Source: an uncultured Phycisphaerales bacterium (GTDB taxonomy: Bacteria > Planctomycetota > Phycisphaerae > Tepidisphaerales > Tepidisphaeraceae). Taken from it: a DNA stretch of 64,000 nucleotides. Within the stretch, counting starts at the first letter, position 1; each line of letters begins with the position of its first letter. Below, piece after piece: positions 31,200-41,684 of this stretch. The notes under the pieces are model-generated. The model was not told the origin of the DNA and did not search any database. It saw only the letters and a program-made list of their open reading frames with translations. The position numbers were made by a program, and so were the translations under genes. The stretch spans positions 3,488,001-3,552,000 of the forward strand of contig CAVWVQ010000003.1 of NCBI GenBank assembly GCA_963758525.1, read 5' to 3'.

Positions 31200-31258
31200 G
31201 GCGAGGCGTAATCTTACTCTTTTTTGGACGCCGCCGAGATTGAATCGTACGGAGAGAT

Positions 31259-31894
31259 ATGGAAAGCGTTACACCGCCAGGAGCCGCGGGTCGAAGAGTC
31301 TTAATCGTCGAAGACGATACGCTCGTCGGGCTCGGGCTGCGTTCTCAGTTGGAAAAATTCGGGCACGATGTGGTTGCTCAGGCCGCGACAATCACGGAGG
31401 CGACCGCGCTGTATCGGCTGCACAAGCCGGACTTCGTGTTGCTCGATATCCGACTTGGGACCGAAGACGGAATCGATCTGGCCGGGCAGTTGCTGAAGGA
31501 GCGGCGATGTCCGATGGTGGTTCTGAGCGCCTACAGCGATCGCGCCCTGATCGAGCGCGCCACCGCGGCCGGGGTTTTCGGATATTTGATCAAACCGGTC
31601 AGCGCCGAGGCGTTGCAGGCGCAGATCGAGGTCGCTTCGCAGCGCTTCCTCGAACACGAAAATCTCAGCCGCGAGAAAGACTCGCTGGCACAGACGCTGG
31701 AAACGCGCAAGCTTGTCGAGCGCGCCAAGGGGATTTTCATGAAACGGCTCGGGCTGGACGAATCGGAAGCGCACCGCAAGCTGCAGCAGGAGAGCCAGCG
31801 CCGCCGAATCGGCCTTGCGGAACTTGCCAAGCGGGTGATCGAATCCGAAGAGTTGCTCGGCGGGCCGCCGGGCGGTCCAGCCAAGTCGCTTTGA
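31259..31894 (+). CDS. Response regulator with receiver and ANTAR domains
   Basis: VLIVEDD, LLDI, GYLIKP and LETRKLVERAKGIFMKRLGLDESEAHRKLQ. Confidence 0.93.
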   Translation: MESVTPPGAAGRRVLIVEDDTLVGLGLRSQLEKFGHDVVAQAATITEATALYRLHKPDFVLLDIRLGTEDGIDLAGQLLKERRCPMVVLSAYSDRALIERATAAGVFGYLIKPVSAEALQAQIEVASQRFLEHENLSREKDSLAQTLETRKLVERAKGIFMKRLGLDESEAHRKLQQESQRRRIGLAELAKRVIESEELLGGPPGGPAKSL

Positions 31895-31951
31895 ATCGGC
31901 TTTCAGCGCCGCCGGTCCGTGGCTACAATCCCGCCCTTTACCGGGAGAACC

Positions 31952-33196
31952 ATGATGCATTTGAAGCAGACCGATCCCCAAGTCGCGGAAATCATCGAGC
32001 GCGAGTCGCAGCGGCAGGCAAGCACGCTGGAGCTGATTGCCAGCGAGAACCATGTTTCCGCGGCCGTGATGGAAGCCGCCGGTTCGGTGCTCACCAACAA
32101 ATATGCCGAGGGATATCCCGGAGCACGCTACTACGGCGGTTGCGAGTATTACGATCAGGTTGAGACGCTCGCCATCGAGCGCGCCAAGAAACTCTTCAAC
32201 TGTCGCTTCGCCAATGTGCAGCCCCACAGCGGCGCCAACGCGAATTTCGCCGCGTTCATGGCGATGATGAAGCCGGGAGATCAATTCATCTCCCTTAATC
32301 TCTCCAGCGGCGGTCACCTCTCGCACGGCATGAAGCTCAACGCGTCGGCAATTTTTTACAAGCCAGACCACTACGAACTGGATCCGGCGACGGAGCAGAT
32401 CGACTTCAACTCCGTCCGCGCCAAAGCGAAGGAATTGCGTCCCAAGGCGATTCTCTGCGGCTACAGTGCCTATCCGCGAACCATCGACTTCGCGCAGTTC
32501 CGCAAAATCGCCGACGAAGTCGGGGCGTTGCTGATGGCGGACGTGGCGCACATCGCCGGGCTCGTGGTCGCCGGCGCCCACCCATCCCCTTTCCCTCACG
32601 CGCACGTTGTCACCACCACCACTCACAAAACGCTGCGGGGTCCGCGCGGCGGCTTGATCCTCACGAATGACGAGGATCTTTCCAAAGCCATCAACCGCAG
32701 CGTCTTCCCGGGAAGTCAGGGCGGGCCGCTCATGCATATCGTCGCCGCCAAGGCAGTCGCCTTCGGGGAGAATCTGCAGCCCGCGTTCAAGACCTATGCG
32801 CATCAGATCGTGAAGAACGCAAAAGCCCTGGCCGAGTCATTGATGAAGCGCGGCTACCGTCTCGTCAGCGGCGGGACTGACAACCACCTCATGCTGGTCG
32901 ATCTCCGCGCCAAGGCCGAGCATCTGACCGGCGCCGACGTGGAAAAGGCGCTCGAAGCCGCCGGCATCATCGCCAATAAAAACGGCATTCCCAACGATCC
33001 CCGGCCGCCCAAAGTGACGAGCGGCGTTCGCCTCGGAACGCCAGCGCTGACCACGCGCGGGCTCAAGGAAGCCGACATGATCACCGTCGCGGCGTTCATC
33101 GACCGCGCCGTCGACGCGAAGGACGATTCCGCGGCGCTGGCAAAAATCCGCGGTGAAGTGGCGGACTTTGCGAGCCGTTTTCCGATGCCGCATTAG
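31952..33196 (+). CDS. glyA: Serine hydroxymethyltransferase
   Basis: [38 protein letters not shown] and SGGTDNH. Confidence 0.98.
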   Translation: MMHLKQTDPQVAEIIERESQRQASTLELIASENHVSAAVMEAAGSVLTNKYAEGYPGARYYGGCEYYDQVETLAIERAKKLFNCRFANVQPHSGANANFAAFMAMMKPGDQFISLNLSSGGHLSHGMKLNASAIFYKPDHYELDPATEQIDFNSVRAKAKELRPKAILCGYSAYPRTIDFAQFRKIADEVGALLMADVAHIAGLVVAGAHPSPFPHAHVVTTTTHKTLRGPRGGLILTNDEDLSKAINRSVFPGSQGGPLMHIVAAKAVAFGENLQPAFKTYAHQIVKNAKALAESLMKRGYRLVSGGTDNHLMLVDLRAKAEHLTGADVEKALEAAGIIANKNGIPNDPRPPKVTSGVRLGTPALTTRGLKEADMITVAAFIDRAVDAKDDSAALAKIRGEVADFASRFPMPH

Positions 33197-33286
33197 GCTC
33201 TGGCTGGAACCGCATTATGCAGGGTCTGCTCATCCGGCAGACCGTTCAATTTTGCACCCATTGTCGTTGAATGCACAATTAAGCGA

Positions 33287-33529
33287 ATGCAGCCCAACTT
33301 ACTTGAGACGCGTGGTCACACTGCAGGCGATGGCACGCTTCACCTCGACCTTGACGTGGGGGTCGCGGATGTTGATGTGACCATCATCATTCGGATCGCG
33401 CCGGCGCTATCGGCAAAGGTCGATGCCAACGGCTGGCCCATCGGCTTCTTCGACCAGGTCGCCGGATCGATGCCTGAACTTGAGCGCGGGTCGCAGGGTG
33501 AGTTCGAAGAACGGCTTCCTCTGGAATGA
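33287..33529 (+). CDS. Putative antitoxin upstream of a PIN toxin
   Basis: 80 aa with GWPIGFFDQVAGS...ERGSQGEFEER; ATGA overlap with the PIN remnant. Confidence 0.65.
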   Translation: MQPNLLETRGHTAGDGTLHLDLDVGVADVDVTIIIRIAPALSAKVDANGWPIGFFDQVAGSMPELERGSQGEFEERLPLE

Positions 33530-33709
33530 TTTGCCTTCCCGACCACCAACGCATGCATCGCATTGCTTCGGCTAAAGAATCCGGCAGTCATCGCCCGATG
33601 GCACGGAACCAAAGCGAGCGACATCATGCTCTGCTCCGTCGTCGTATATGAGTTGAGATACGGCGCGGAGCGGCCGCGAATCCGAGAGCTGGAGGATTGG
33701 GAGACTTGA
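33526..33709 (+). pseudogene. vapC: VapC/PIN toxin remnant (frameshift plus large internal deletion)
   Basis: Removing one base gives MICLPDTNACIALLR...SVVVYELRYGAER, which then jumps to a C-terminal ...LEDWET*. Confidence 0.75.
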
Positions 33710-33843
33710 GCTTCCCCGCAGCTTGGCGTCGGCCCGCTGGGATCGCGCCCAAGGCCAAAGGAGGCCGAGAAGAAGTGGACTCCGGCAGAAATATTTCGAC
33801 GTGTCCCGCTCGAGCGCCCTTCCGCACGTAAGGCCCGGTTAGC

Positions 33844-34224
33844 TCAGATTTCGTACCTCATGTTCGTTGTGCGGTTAATGACACGAATTAGCCTGCCTGC
33901 TGCATGTACCAGTGTCGCACGGTCTCGACTTCGGAGTTCAATATCTTCGGCGCACCGCCGTGTGAATTGAATGAACCGTTCAGTTCCATCATCGAGAATC
34001 ACCCTGACGTCAAAGTCTCGACACGGAGTGCGAGCAAAAAAGCCAACATCTATATAGCCTCGTGACCTTTTAGCACGGATTGTGCACTCAATGTTGGTGA
34101 TGGGGACGGGTCGAGGTGGGGCCGACGGTGGCGGCGCAAAAATACCCCTGAAAAACGCGAGAAGCGCGCCGCGATACCCAAGAATGATCAGACACAGCAC
34201 TAGCAACGGCACGAGCAATGCCAT
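33844..34224 (-). CDS. Membrane-anchored hypothetical protein
   Basis: N-terminal hydrophobic helix, Pro-rich linker and small beta-rich domain. Confidence 0.55.
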   Translation of the reverse strand: MALLVPLLVLCLIILGYRGALLAFFRGIFAPPPSAPPRPVPITNIECTIRAKRSRGYIDVGFFARTPCRDFDVRVILDDGTERFIQFTRRCAEDIELRSRDRATLVHAAGRLIRVINRTTNMRYEI

Positions 34225-34513
34225 ATTCCCATCGCCACTGATTTTCGCTTCCTCGGTCGGCCCCGCCTGCGGACGCGGACGGCCGCAAAGCATCGCGCGC
34301 CGCGGCGCCACGGTCAAATAAGCGACCAGTGTTCAGGAATGCGTGCGGTGACGTTCCGGGCCGTTGAGTGTCCAATGTCCGCTTCACTTCCGCTCGACGC
34401 CGTTCCACATCACGAACAGAGGGTCTGTCGCCACCTCAACATGGTGGCTATACCAGCCAATGGCGCTTACAATTTAGCACTGATTAGCTAGGCTCGGCTG
34501 ATCAAGGTGGCAT

Positions 34514-35182
34514 ATGACAGTCGTTGATGAGATCGCACACGAAGTCTCCGAATTTGAGTCCGAGCACGGCCGCAAGCCGGCGGAGATGTGGTTGACCAAA
34601 CGCGATAAGTTCGATATTGGCAAACTGGGCCGCGATGAGTTTCCCCTTGCGGGAAAGGTGATGCAGCAGGGTGTCGAGAAGGCGGTGTCGGCGCTGTTTG
34701 GGGTGCCAATTACGTCATGGAACGCGATGGAACGCGAATACCGGTTCTCCGGCACGAATGGAGGGATGAGCGCCGCCGGGGTCACACGGCATGTCGCTAA
34801 TTGGATTCAACGCCTCGATGCGCTTTTCGATCAGTTGGAGACATGGGCGGCGGCTGTTCCAGATTCCCGCATCGAGCGGGCTCACATGCCGCAGCAAATC
34901 GAGGAAATGTTAACGCGATTCTCCGTATCCGTTCGGGCGATACCGACACTGACGGTTTTCGTTGATAAAAAGTATCGCATTGCATTTGTGCCGAGCGCCC
35001 TTTGGATCACTGGCGCCAACGGTCGCGTGAACGTCACCACGAATTTTCGGCAATACGCGTTGCTGGATCTCGCCGAGCAGGGGAAGACGAGCGACTGGCA
35101 GCTTTTAGTCGCGGGAACAAAAACACATTTCAAGCCGTTCGACCAGGCAGTCTTTCTCAAACTCCTCTCAGAACGGTCATGA
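34514..35182 (+). CDS. Hypothetical protein, possibly two fused domains
   Basis: 222 aa ORF with SD-like AAGGTGG upstream; contains LWITGANGRV. Confidence 0.75.
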   Translation: MTVVDEIAHEVSEFESEHGRKPAEMWLTKRDKFDIGKLGRDEFPLAGKVMQQGVEKAVSALFGVPITSWNAMEREYRFSGTNGGMSAAGVTRHVANWIQRLDALFDQLETWAAAVPDSRIERAHMPQQIEEMLTRFSVSVRAIPTLTVFVDKKYRIAFVPSALWITGANGRVNVTTNFRQYALLDLAEQGKTSDWQLLVAGTKTHFKPFDQAVFLKLLSERS

Positions 35183-35625
35183 TCGATTTCACCGAGATCC
35201 TCAATACCTACGTCGAATCTGACGCGTACCTCGGCCGAAAAGAGGCTAACACACGCACGCCTGCGGGGACGAATAGGTGGGCTCGTCGTCGCAGGTTAAA
35301 CGATCAAGCATCCTTCTTGATGCTCTTCGCGCAATTGGAACAGCATGTCGATCGTCTTGTCACCGAACTGCTCCGCCGAAAGCGGGGGCTGGTTGGTTGG
35401 AGGGAGCGCCGATTGTGGCAGGACACGGAACTCCGACGGCTTCAGTTTATGCAGAAGGTTTCGTTGCTGACGCAACGAGGGCAAGCCTCGTACAACCGCA
35501 TCAGGGTGCTCTATCACGATTATCGCTGCGCTATCGCACACGGAAATATCGCGGCTGTCGGTCCCCTGGCCGTTCCGGTGATGGCGGCCGAACTGAGGGT
35601 TTTGGCGCGATCGTTGCGTGTTTAA
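35179..35625 (+). CDS. Hypothetical helical protein with HEPN-like motifs
   Basis: Start MIDFTEIL overlaps the upstream stop (ATGA); FAQLE near the N-terminus and RCAIAHG (RxxxxH) near the C-terminus. Confidence 0.65.
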   Translation: MIDFTEILNTYVESDAYLGRKEANTRTPAGTNRWARRRRLNDQASFLMLFAQLEQHVDRLVTELLRRKRGLVGWRERRLWQDTELRRLQFMQKVSLLTQRGQASYNRIRVLYHDYRCAIAHGNIAAVGPLAVPVMAAELRVLARSLRV

Positions 35626-35872
35626 TCGGTTCCACCATTTGAGCCGGGCAAACAACTCCATCGATTCGGAGCACCGGCCCAGAAGTTGGCGAAAGTTCAC
35701 CGTCCGCCACAAGGATGGTTTGATCAACCCGATTGCCCTTTCACGCCTGCCCAGAGCTGAACAACGATGCCCATTTTGCCGCAGGCCCTCCCCTTGCCTC
35801 CACAACGACCACTGCCCTGCAATACGCGATTCACCACTCGACTCACCGCCAGTTGTCGGGTTCAATATCCGG

Positions 35873-36841
35873 ATGTTCGCGACCCTGCGACACATTCCCC
35901 GCACCGAAGCCCGCGCCGCGATGATGTCGCTGGGGCTGAGCGTCACCCTGCTGGGGCTGAAATTAGCCGCCTATCTCTTCACTGGCTCGTCGGCGATTTT
36001 CTCGGACGCGCTTGAAACGGTCGTTAATGTGGTCGCGGCGGGCTTTGCCCTCTACGCGCTTTCCGTTGCGCACACTCCTGCCGACAAAGGGCATCCATAC
36101 GGCCACGGCAAGATCGAATTCGTCTCCGCGGCGCTGGAGGGACTGCTCATCATCGTCGCCGCGGCGATGATCTTCGTGCGAACCATCGATACGCTCCGCT
36201 ACTATCGTGTTCGTGTCGAGAACATCGGCGTCGGCCTGTTTATGCTGGCGCTGGCCATTCTTGGCAACGGAGCGCTTGGTAACCATCTCATCCGCACCGG
36301 CCGACGCATTAGTTCGGTCACGCTCGAGGCTGATGGGAAGCATCTGCACGCAGACGCCGTCACGAGTATCGCGGCTGCCATTGCATTGCTGATCGTGAAG
36401 CTCACGGGCTGGAAGTATGCCGATCCCGTCGCCGCTCTCCTGATCGCCGCGTATTTCGGCCGGCTCGGTATTGTCCTGCTGCGGCGCGCGGGCGGGGGCC
36501 TGATGGATCGGCAGGATACAGACGACGAACGGCTTATCGAGGGCATTCTTGCGAGTCATGTCGGCGCAACGGGCAAGCCGCCGGTCATATGCAGCTTTCA
36601 CAAACTGCGCCATCGCCACAGCGGGCGTTATCACTGGGTCGATTTCCACATCATGGTCGATCCCGTTCTGAGCGTCGGTGAAGGGCATGACGTCGCCAGC
36701 GCCATCGAATATGAGATCGAGCAGGCGCTGGGGGAAGGAAACGCGACCGCCCACATTGAGCCGTGCAACAACCGCGCATGCCGCCATTCCCGCGCCGATT
36801 CCGCCGTGCAGCATGCGGCTGCGAGCATTGCCGGGCTTTGA
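35873..36841 (+). CDS. Cation diffusion facilitator family transporter
   Basis: SDALE, HPYGHGKIE, ADGKHLHAD, ADPVAA and AHIEP. Confidence 0.93.
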   Translation: MFATLRHIPRTEARAAMMSLGLSVTLLGLKLAAYLFTGSSAIFSDALETVVNVVAAGFALYALSVAHTPADKGHPYGHGKIEFVSAALEGLLIIVAAAMIFVRTIDTLRYYRVRVENIGVGLFMLALAILGNGALGNHLIRTGRRISSVTLEADGKHLHADAVTSIAAAIALLIVKLTGWKYADPVAALLIAAYFGRLGIVLLRRAGGGLMDRQDTDDERLIEGILASHVGATGKPPVICSFHKLRHRHSGRYHWVDFHIMVDPVLSVGEGHDVASAIEYEIEQALGEGNATAHIEPCNNRACRHSRADSAVQHAAASIAGL

Positions 36842-36941
36842 TTGTCAGTGGCAAACGCTCTCCGGTCCCGTCCCCCGATGCTCGCGACGCCCGCGCTGCG
36901 GTGGCTGTCCTTTGAGAGATCGCTTCGGTATTCTTCCTCCT

Positions 36942-38246
36942 GTGTCAACCGGCTCGGACTCGCCAGCTCTCACGCTGCAACTCGACGCGCCGGAGCGCGA
37001 CCCGCGCGGGAAGATCTTCCCCTGGGTCATTTGCGGGCTCCTCTTTCTGGCGACCACGATCAGCTACATCGATCGAATGGTCTTCAGCATTCTTGCTCCC
37101 GAGCTGCAAAAGCGATTTCATATCAGTGAGATTCAGTATGGTTATATTGGATCGGCCTTCACGCTTTGCTACGCCATGTCACAGCTTCTTTCCGGTCCGC
37201 TTCTCGACCGGATCGGCACGCGCATCGGATTTCTGCTGGCGATGATTCTCTGGAGCATCGCGTCGATGAGCCATGCACTGGCTCGCAGCGCGATGCAGTT
37301 TATTGTCGTGCGCACCGCGCTGGGCGTCAGCGAATCACCCGCGTTCCCGGCCGCGACCAAGGGGATTGCCGAGTGGTTTCCCGCCAGACAGCGGGGCATG
37401 GCGATGGGCGTGGTCAACTCCGGCTCCAACGTCGGAGTTCTCCTGGCAGCGATCCTCGTCCCGTGGCTCACGACGCGCTTCGGATGGCAATCCGTCTTCC
37501 TCATGACGGGCGTCTTCGGATTCGCCTGGGCCGCGATCTGGATTCCGATTTACAGGAGTCCGCGGGCACGGCAAAGTCCGCTCGCGGGCCAGGAGATGCC
37601 GCCGCCTCCGGTGCGCGTTCGCTGGAGATCGCTGCTCACCTACCGCCAGACCTGGGCGATTTGCATCGGCAAATTTCTCACCGACCCCTCCTGGTGGTTC
37701 TACGTCAATTGGCTCCCGAAATTCATGAACGAGCATCATGCCTTGGATATCATGCACCTCGGGCCGCCGCTTCTGATCATCTACTTCATGGCCGACATCG
37801 GAAGCGTCTGCGGGGGCTGGATATCGTCGTCGCTGCTCTCCCGCGGCTGGAGCGTCAACGCCGCTCGAAAAACCGCCATGCTGATCTGCGCGATCACGGC
37901 GTTGCCGCTGATTGTCGCGCCTCATGTCGCCAGCGTCTGGGTGGCTTCTTTGCTGATCGGAATGGCAACCGCCTCTCACCAGGGTTTCAGCTCCAACCTT
38001 TACACGCTCGTCTCCGACGCCTTTCCCACCACCTCGGTCAGCACCGTCGCGGGAATGGGAGGCACGTTCGGCTATTCCGGCGCGATGCTGATGTCGGCGA
38101 TCATCGGATACATCCTGACCTGGACTCACCAGAACTATAACGTGATTTTCGCCATTGCCGGGGTCTCCTACCTCGTCTCGCTGGGTGCGATGCAGCTGAT
38201 CCTTCCCTCGTTTGAAGCCGTTGGCGAGCCGCGCGCACGTCGTTAG
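36942..38246 (+). CDS. MFS transporter, ExuT-like hexuronate transporter
   Basis: ISYIDR, AEWFP, KFLTDPSWWFY and ASHQGFSSNLYTL; directly upstream of uronate isomerase. Confidence 0.85.
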   Translation: MSTGSDSPALTLQLDAPERDPRGKIFPWVICGLLFLATTISYIDRMVFSILAPELQKRFHISEIQYGYIGSAFTLCYAMSQLLSGPLLDRIGTRIGFLLAMILWSIASMSHALARSAMQFIVVRTALGVSESPAFPAATKGIAEWFPARQRGMAMGVVNSGSNVGVLLAAILVPWLTTRFGWQSVFLMTGVFGFAWAAIWIPIYRSPRARQSPLAGQEMPPPPVRVRWRSLLTYRQTWAICIGKFLTDPSWWFYVNWLPKFMNEHHALDIMHLGPPLLIIYFMADIGSVCGGWISSSLLSRGWSVNAARKTAMLICAITALPLIVAPHVASVWVASLLIGMATASHQGFSSNLYTLVSDAFPTTSVSTVAGMGGTFGYSGAMLMSAIIGYILTWTHQNYNVIFAIAGVSYLVSLGAMQLILPSFEAVGEPRARR

Positions 38247-38248
38247 AA

Positions 38249-39585
38249 TTGTCCGCTGTGAACCCAACCCATCTGCCAATCGTTCGTGACCAAGTCGGTT
38301 CGGTCGTACATGAAGTGCTCTTTGCGCAGCCGGTGCGCGATATGCATACGCATTTGTATGCTCCTGCATTCGGAACGCCTGTCACAAACGCCGGCGGTGC
38401 AGCCGATCCGAAAGGCCTTCTGCTCTGGGGCATTGATGAACTGGTGACCTATCACTATCTGGTTGCCGAGGTCTATCGCGTTGTTCCCGCGACCAAGCTT
38501 CCGTATGAGCAGTTCTGGAAGATGAGCAAGCAGCAGCAGGCTGACCATATCTGGAAGCACCTGTTCGTCGAGCGCACGCCAATCAGCGAAGCCTGCCGTG
38601 GCGTGCTCACCACGCTCCAGAAGCTGGGGCTCGATCCCAACGAGCAATCCCTCGATCGCTATCGCCCGTTCTTCGCTGAACAGAAGCCCAGCGCCTACAT
38701 CGACCGCGTCATGCAATTGGCCAACGTCTCGTCGATCACGATGACCAATGAAGTGTTCGACGATAACGAGCGCGATCGATGGCTCAGCAATCCCAAGCTC
38801 GGCAGCGATCCCCGCTTCAAGGCCGTCTTGCGGATCGACTTGCTGCTGCGGGATTTCCCGGTAGCCGCGAAGCGAATCAGTCAATGGGGATATGCAGTGA
38901 ACGCGGCGATAGACGACAGGTCACTTGAAGAGGCGAAGCGCTTTTGCGCGAGTGGGTCGATCGGACCAAGGCAATCTACATCGCCGTGAGTTTGCCGCCG
39001 ACGTTCCGCTTTCCCGCCGATCGAACAGATGCCGTCGCGCAGGCCGGCCAGCGAATGCTCACCGATGTGGTGCTCCCGGTCTGCGCGGAGCTCGGCCTGC
39101 CCTTCGCGGCGATGATTGGTTCTGAAAAAGGGGTGAATCCGTCTCTTCGCGACGCCGGCGACATCGGGCGCATTTCCGACGTGACGTCAGTGACAAATCT
39201 TTGCCGCCAGTTCCCCGAGAATAAGTTCTTCGTCACGATGCTCTCGCGCGAAAACCAGCATGAGCTCTGCGTTGCCGCCAGAAAATTCGGCAACCTGATG
39301 ATCTTCGGCTGCTGGTGGTTCCTGAACAATCCATCGATCATCAATGAAATGGAGCGCATGCGATTTGAGCTGCTCGGAACCAGCTTCATCCCCCAGCATT
39401 CCGATGCGCGGATTCTCGATCAACTGATCTACAAATGGGATCACAGCCGGCGGATCATCGCCCGGGTCTTGGAAGACAAGTATGCCGACCTGCTCGACAC
39501 CGGTTGGAAGCTGGAACGATCGCATATCGAGCGCGACGCCAAGCTGCTGCTGGAAGCCAACTTTGCGGAGTTCGTGAGCCGGTAG
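38249..39585 (+). CDS. uxaC: Uronate (glucuronate) isomerase, frameshifted near 38945
   Basis: DMHTHL, GIDELVTYHYL, then LSRENQHEL, FGCWWF and QHSDARILDQLIYKW in the next frame. Confidence 0.85.
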
Positions 39586-39589
39586 TCGC

Positions 39590-39647
39590 AAACCAGAAAC
39601 CAGAAACCCGAAACCAGAATCAAAATTTGATTCTGGTTTCTGGTTTC
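39590..39647. repeat. Heptamer-based inverted repeat between convergent genes, possible bidirectional terminator
   Basis: (AAACCAG)n ... GAATCAAAATTTGATTC ... (TGGTTTC)n. Confidence 0.6.
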
Positions 39648-39671
39648 GTCATTCGGGCTTCCCGCGGTTCT

Positions 39672-41381
39672 CTAGGGAATTCGCGCCACGATCAGCGTGA
39701 CGTCGTCGGTGCGCTTCGCGAGTCCCGCGAACTTGCGCATCTCCCAGAGCACATTCTGGGTGATGATTTCCGCGGTCTCTCCCCCGCGCTCCAATGCCTC
39801 GATCAGCCTCACCCGGCCGAAGGTTTCCTGGTCGAAATTCATGGTGTCGGTAAGCCCGTCGGTGTACAGCAGGAGTACGTCGTTTTTCTGCAGTTGCACG
39901 ATGCTCTGCTTGTACAGTTCCTCGGGATTCACGCCCAGGACCATGTTTTCGCCTTCCAGTGCGATCACCTTTCCGCCGCGAAGCAGCAGGGCGGCGGGGT
40001 GTCCGGCGTTGCAATAGGTGAAGCGCAGGGTGCGCGCATCGAGCACGCCGTAGAACAGCGTGACGAATTCACCCAACTGCGTGTCGCGGCAGAGCATCAG
40101 GTTGATGCGGCGGACCACTTCGTAGAGGTAGTAAACGTAGTCCACCTGCGCCCGCAGGAAGGCGCGAACGGTCGCCATGATGAGGCTCGCGGGAACGCCC
40201 TTCCCGCTGACGTCGGCGACGGCGAGTCCGAGGTTGTCGTCCTGCAGCGGAATGAAGTCGTAGAAGTCGCCTCCCAGGGCAAAGCAGGGGACGTAGACGC
40301 TTGCCAGCTCAAGCCCTGGAACGGACGGCGGGGTCTGCGGCACCATGCGGTGCTGCACGTCGGCCGCCATGCGCACCTGCTCTTCCAGCGCCGCGGCTTC
40401 CGCCGCCTCGCTCAACAGCCGGGCATTCTCGATCGCGGCCGCCGCCTGCGCGGCGACTGCTTTCAGCAGATCGATCTTCAGCGGAGGAAACACCTGCTCT
40501 TCGGCCGTGTAGACCCGCAAGACTCCGATCGGCTTTCCCTTGTACCGCAGTCCGACCGAGAGCATCGAAAAGATTCCCTCGCGCACCGCTTCCTGCGGAT
40601 AACGCACGCGCGGGTCGGTCGCCATGCTGCGCACATACTCAAATCCCGTCGGCGACAGCGCGATCTGATCGATTGCCGCCGTGCTGAGTCGTACGGGTCC
40701 TTTGTTGAGGTATTCGCGCGAGAGGTTGTAGACCGCCTTGATGACCAGTTCGTCGCGCTCGGTGTCGATCAGTCGAAGGGATGACGCTTTGGTCTGCATC
40801 ACGTCGCAAACGACCTGCACCGTGCGCTGCAGGACCCATCGCAGGTCGCGCCCGCCGGCCAGCATCATCGCGACATTGTAAACCGCCGTCAGCTCGTGGA
40901 TGCGCTGGCGGAGCTGAAATTCCTGGTAGCAGAGCCGCGCAATCGCATTTGCCATCAGGAAGAGAAACTGCACTGACGCCGCCCGGGTGTTGCGGCCGCG
41001 CGCCAACTGATTGACGACGCTCCTCAGCTGCCTGGGCTCAATTCCCAGCTTCAGCGCTAGGCTGGCGAGCTTCGCCTCATCGGCGGGATCCCCGGTGTTG
41101 CGGGCTCGCATCCGGATCGTCCCCAGGCGTTGATTATTAACGATGATCGGCGCCACGTATTCCTGCCCATCGCGCTGCGGCTGGTCGCTCGCATCCGCCA
41201 GCGTGCGCTGCCGCCGCAAAAAGGCCGACGTCGGATTCGCCTGCGTGAGAACGTTCTCCTGCGCATCGGTGATCGTTGCCTTGACGCCCGCGACGGCGGC
41301 AAAGCTGTCCTGAATTTCCTGGAGCGTTCCCACGTCCACGAAATCGGTCAGGCGAATATTTTCAGAATCGAAAGAGGCCAT
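39672..41381 (-). CDS. SpoIIE/PP2C-type phosphatase with PocR-like and GAF sensor domains
   Basis: LQEIQDSFA N-terminus, GAF segment, GGDFYDF, ADVSGKG, NAGHP, YTDGL and DDVT. Confidence 0.92.
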   Translation of the reverse strand: MASFDSENIRLTDFVDVGTLQEIQDSFAAVAGVKATITDAQENVLTQANPTSAFLRRQRTLADASDQPQRDGQEYVAPIIVNNQRLGTIRMRARNTGDPADEAKLASLALKLGIEPRQLRSVVNQLARGRNTRAASVQFLFLMANAIARLCYQEFQLRQRIHELTAVYNVAMMLAGGRDLRWVLQRTVQVVCDVMQTKASSLRLIDTERDELVIKAVYNLSREYLNKGPVRLSTAAIDQIALSPTGFEYVRSMATDPRVRYPQEAVREGIFSMLSVGLRYKGKPIGVLRVYTAEEQVFPPLKIDLLKAVAAQAAAAIENARLLSEAAEAAALEEQVRMAADVQHRMVPQTPPSVPGLELASVYVPCFALGGDFYDFIPLQDDNLGLAVADVSGKGVPASLIMATVRAFLRAQVDYVYYLYEVVRRINLMLCRDTQLGEFVTLFYGVLDARTLRFTYCNAGHPAALLLRGGKVIALEGENMVLGVNPEELYKQSIVQLQKNDVLLLYTDGLTDTMNFDQETFGRVRLIEALERGGETAEIITQNVLWEMRKFAGLAKRTDDVTLIVARIP

Positions 41382-41684
41382 TCAGCAAGCACGGTAAGAA
41401 AGCTCCGCCCAAAATCAAACATCTACTGCCGGTAATGGGATACTGCCCCCTGGCGGGTTCGTTCAACATTCGTTCTGGAAAAATCGCGGCTGGTTATCGG
41501 ACATCAGTCAACATCGACGGCTTGGCGCGCGTCTTTCTGCTATTGTATCGGAAAGCATCGCTAAACAAGCCCGCGCGAGTATGCACTGCGCGAGTACGCG
41601 CTTCCCAAAGCCGTTTAGCGGCTGCCCCTCGGGCAGCAGAGTCTCCCGCACGTGAGCGTACTCGCGCACGTTCATCGACAACAC

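Noticed and set aside
31301..32803. 500 aa minus-strand ORF and similar long antisense ORFs (6259..7545, 39435..40784, 55089..56687)
   Set aside because: They overlap well-supported genes on the opposite strand, as expected in high-GC DNA.
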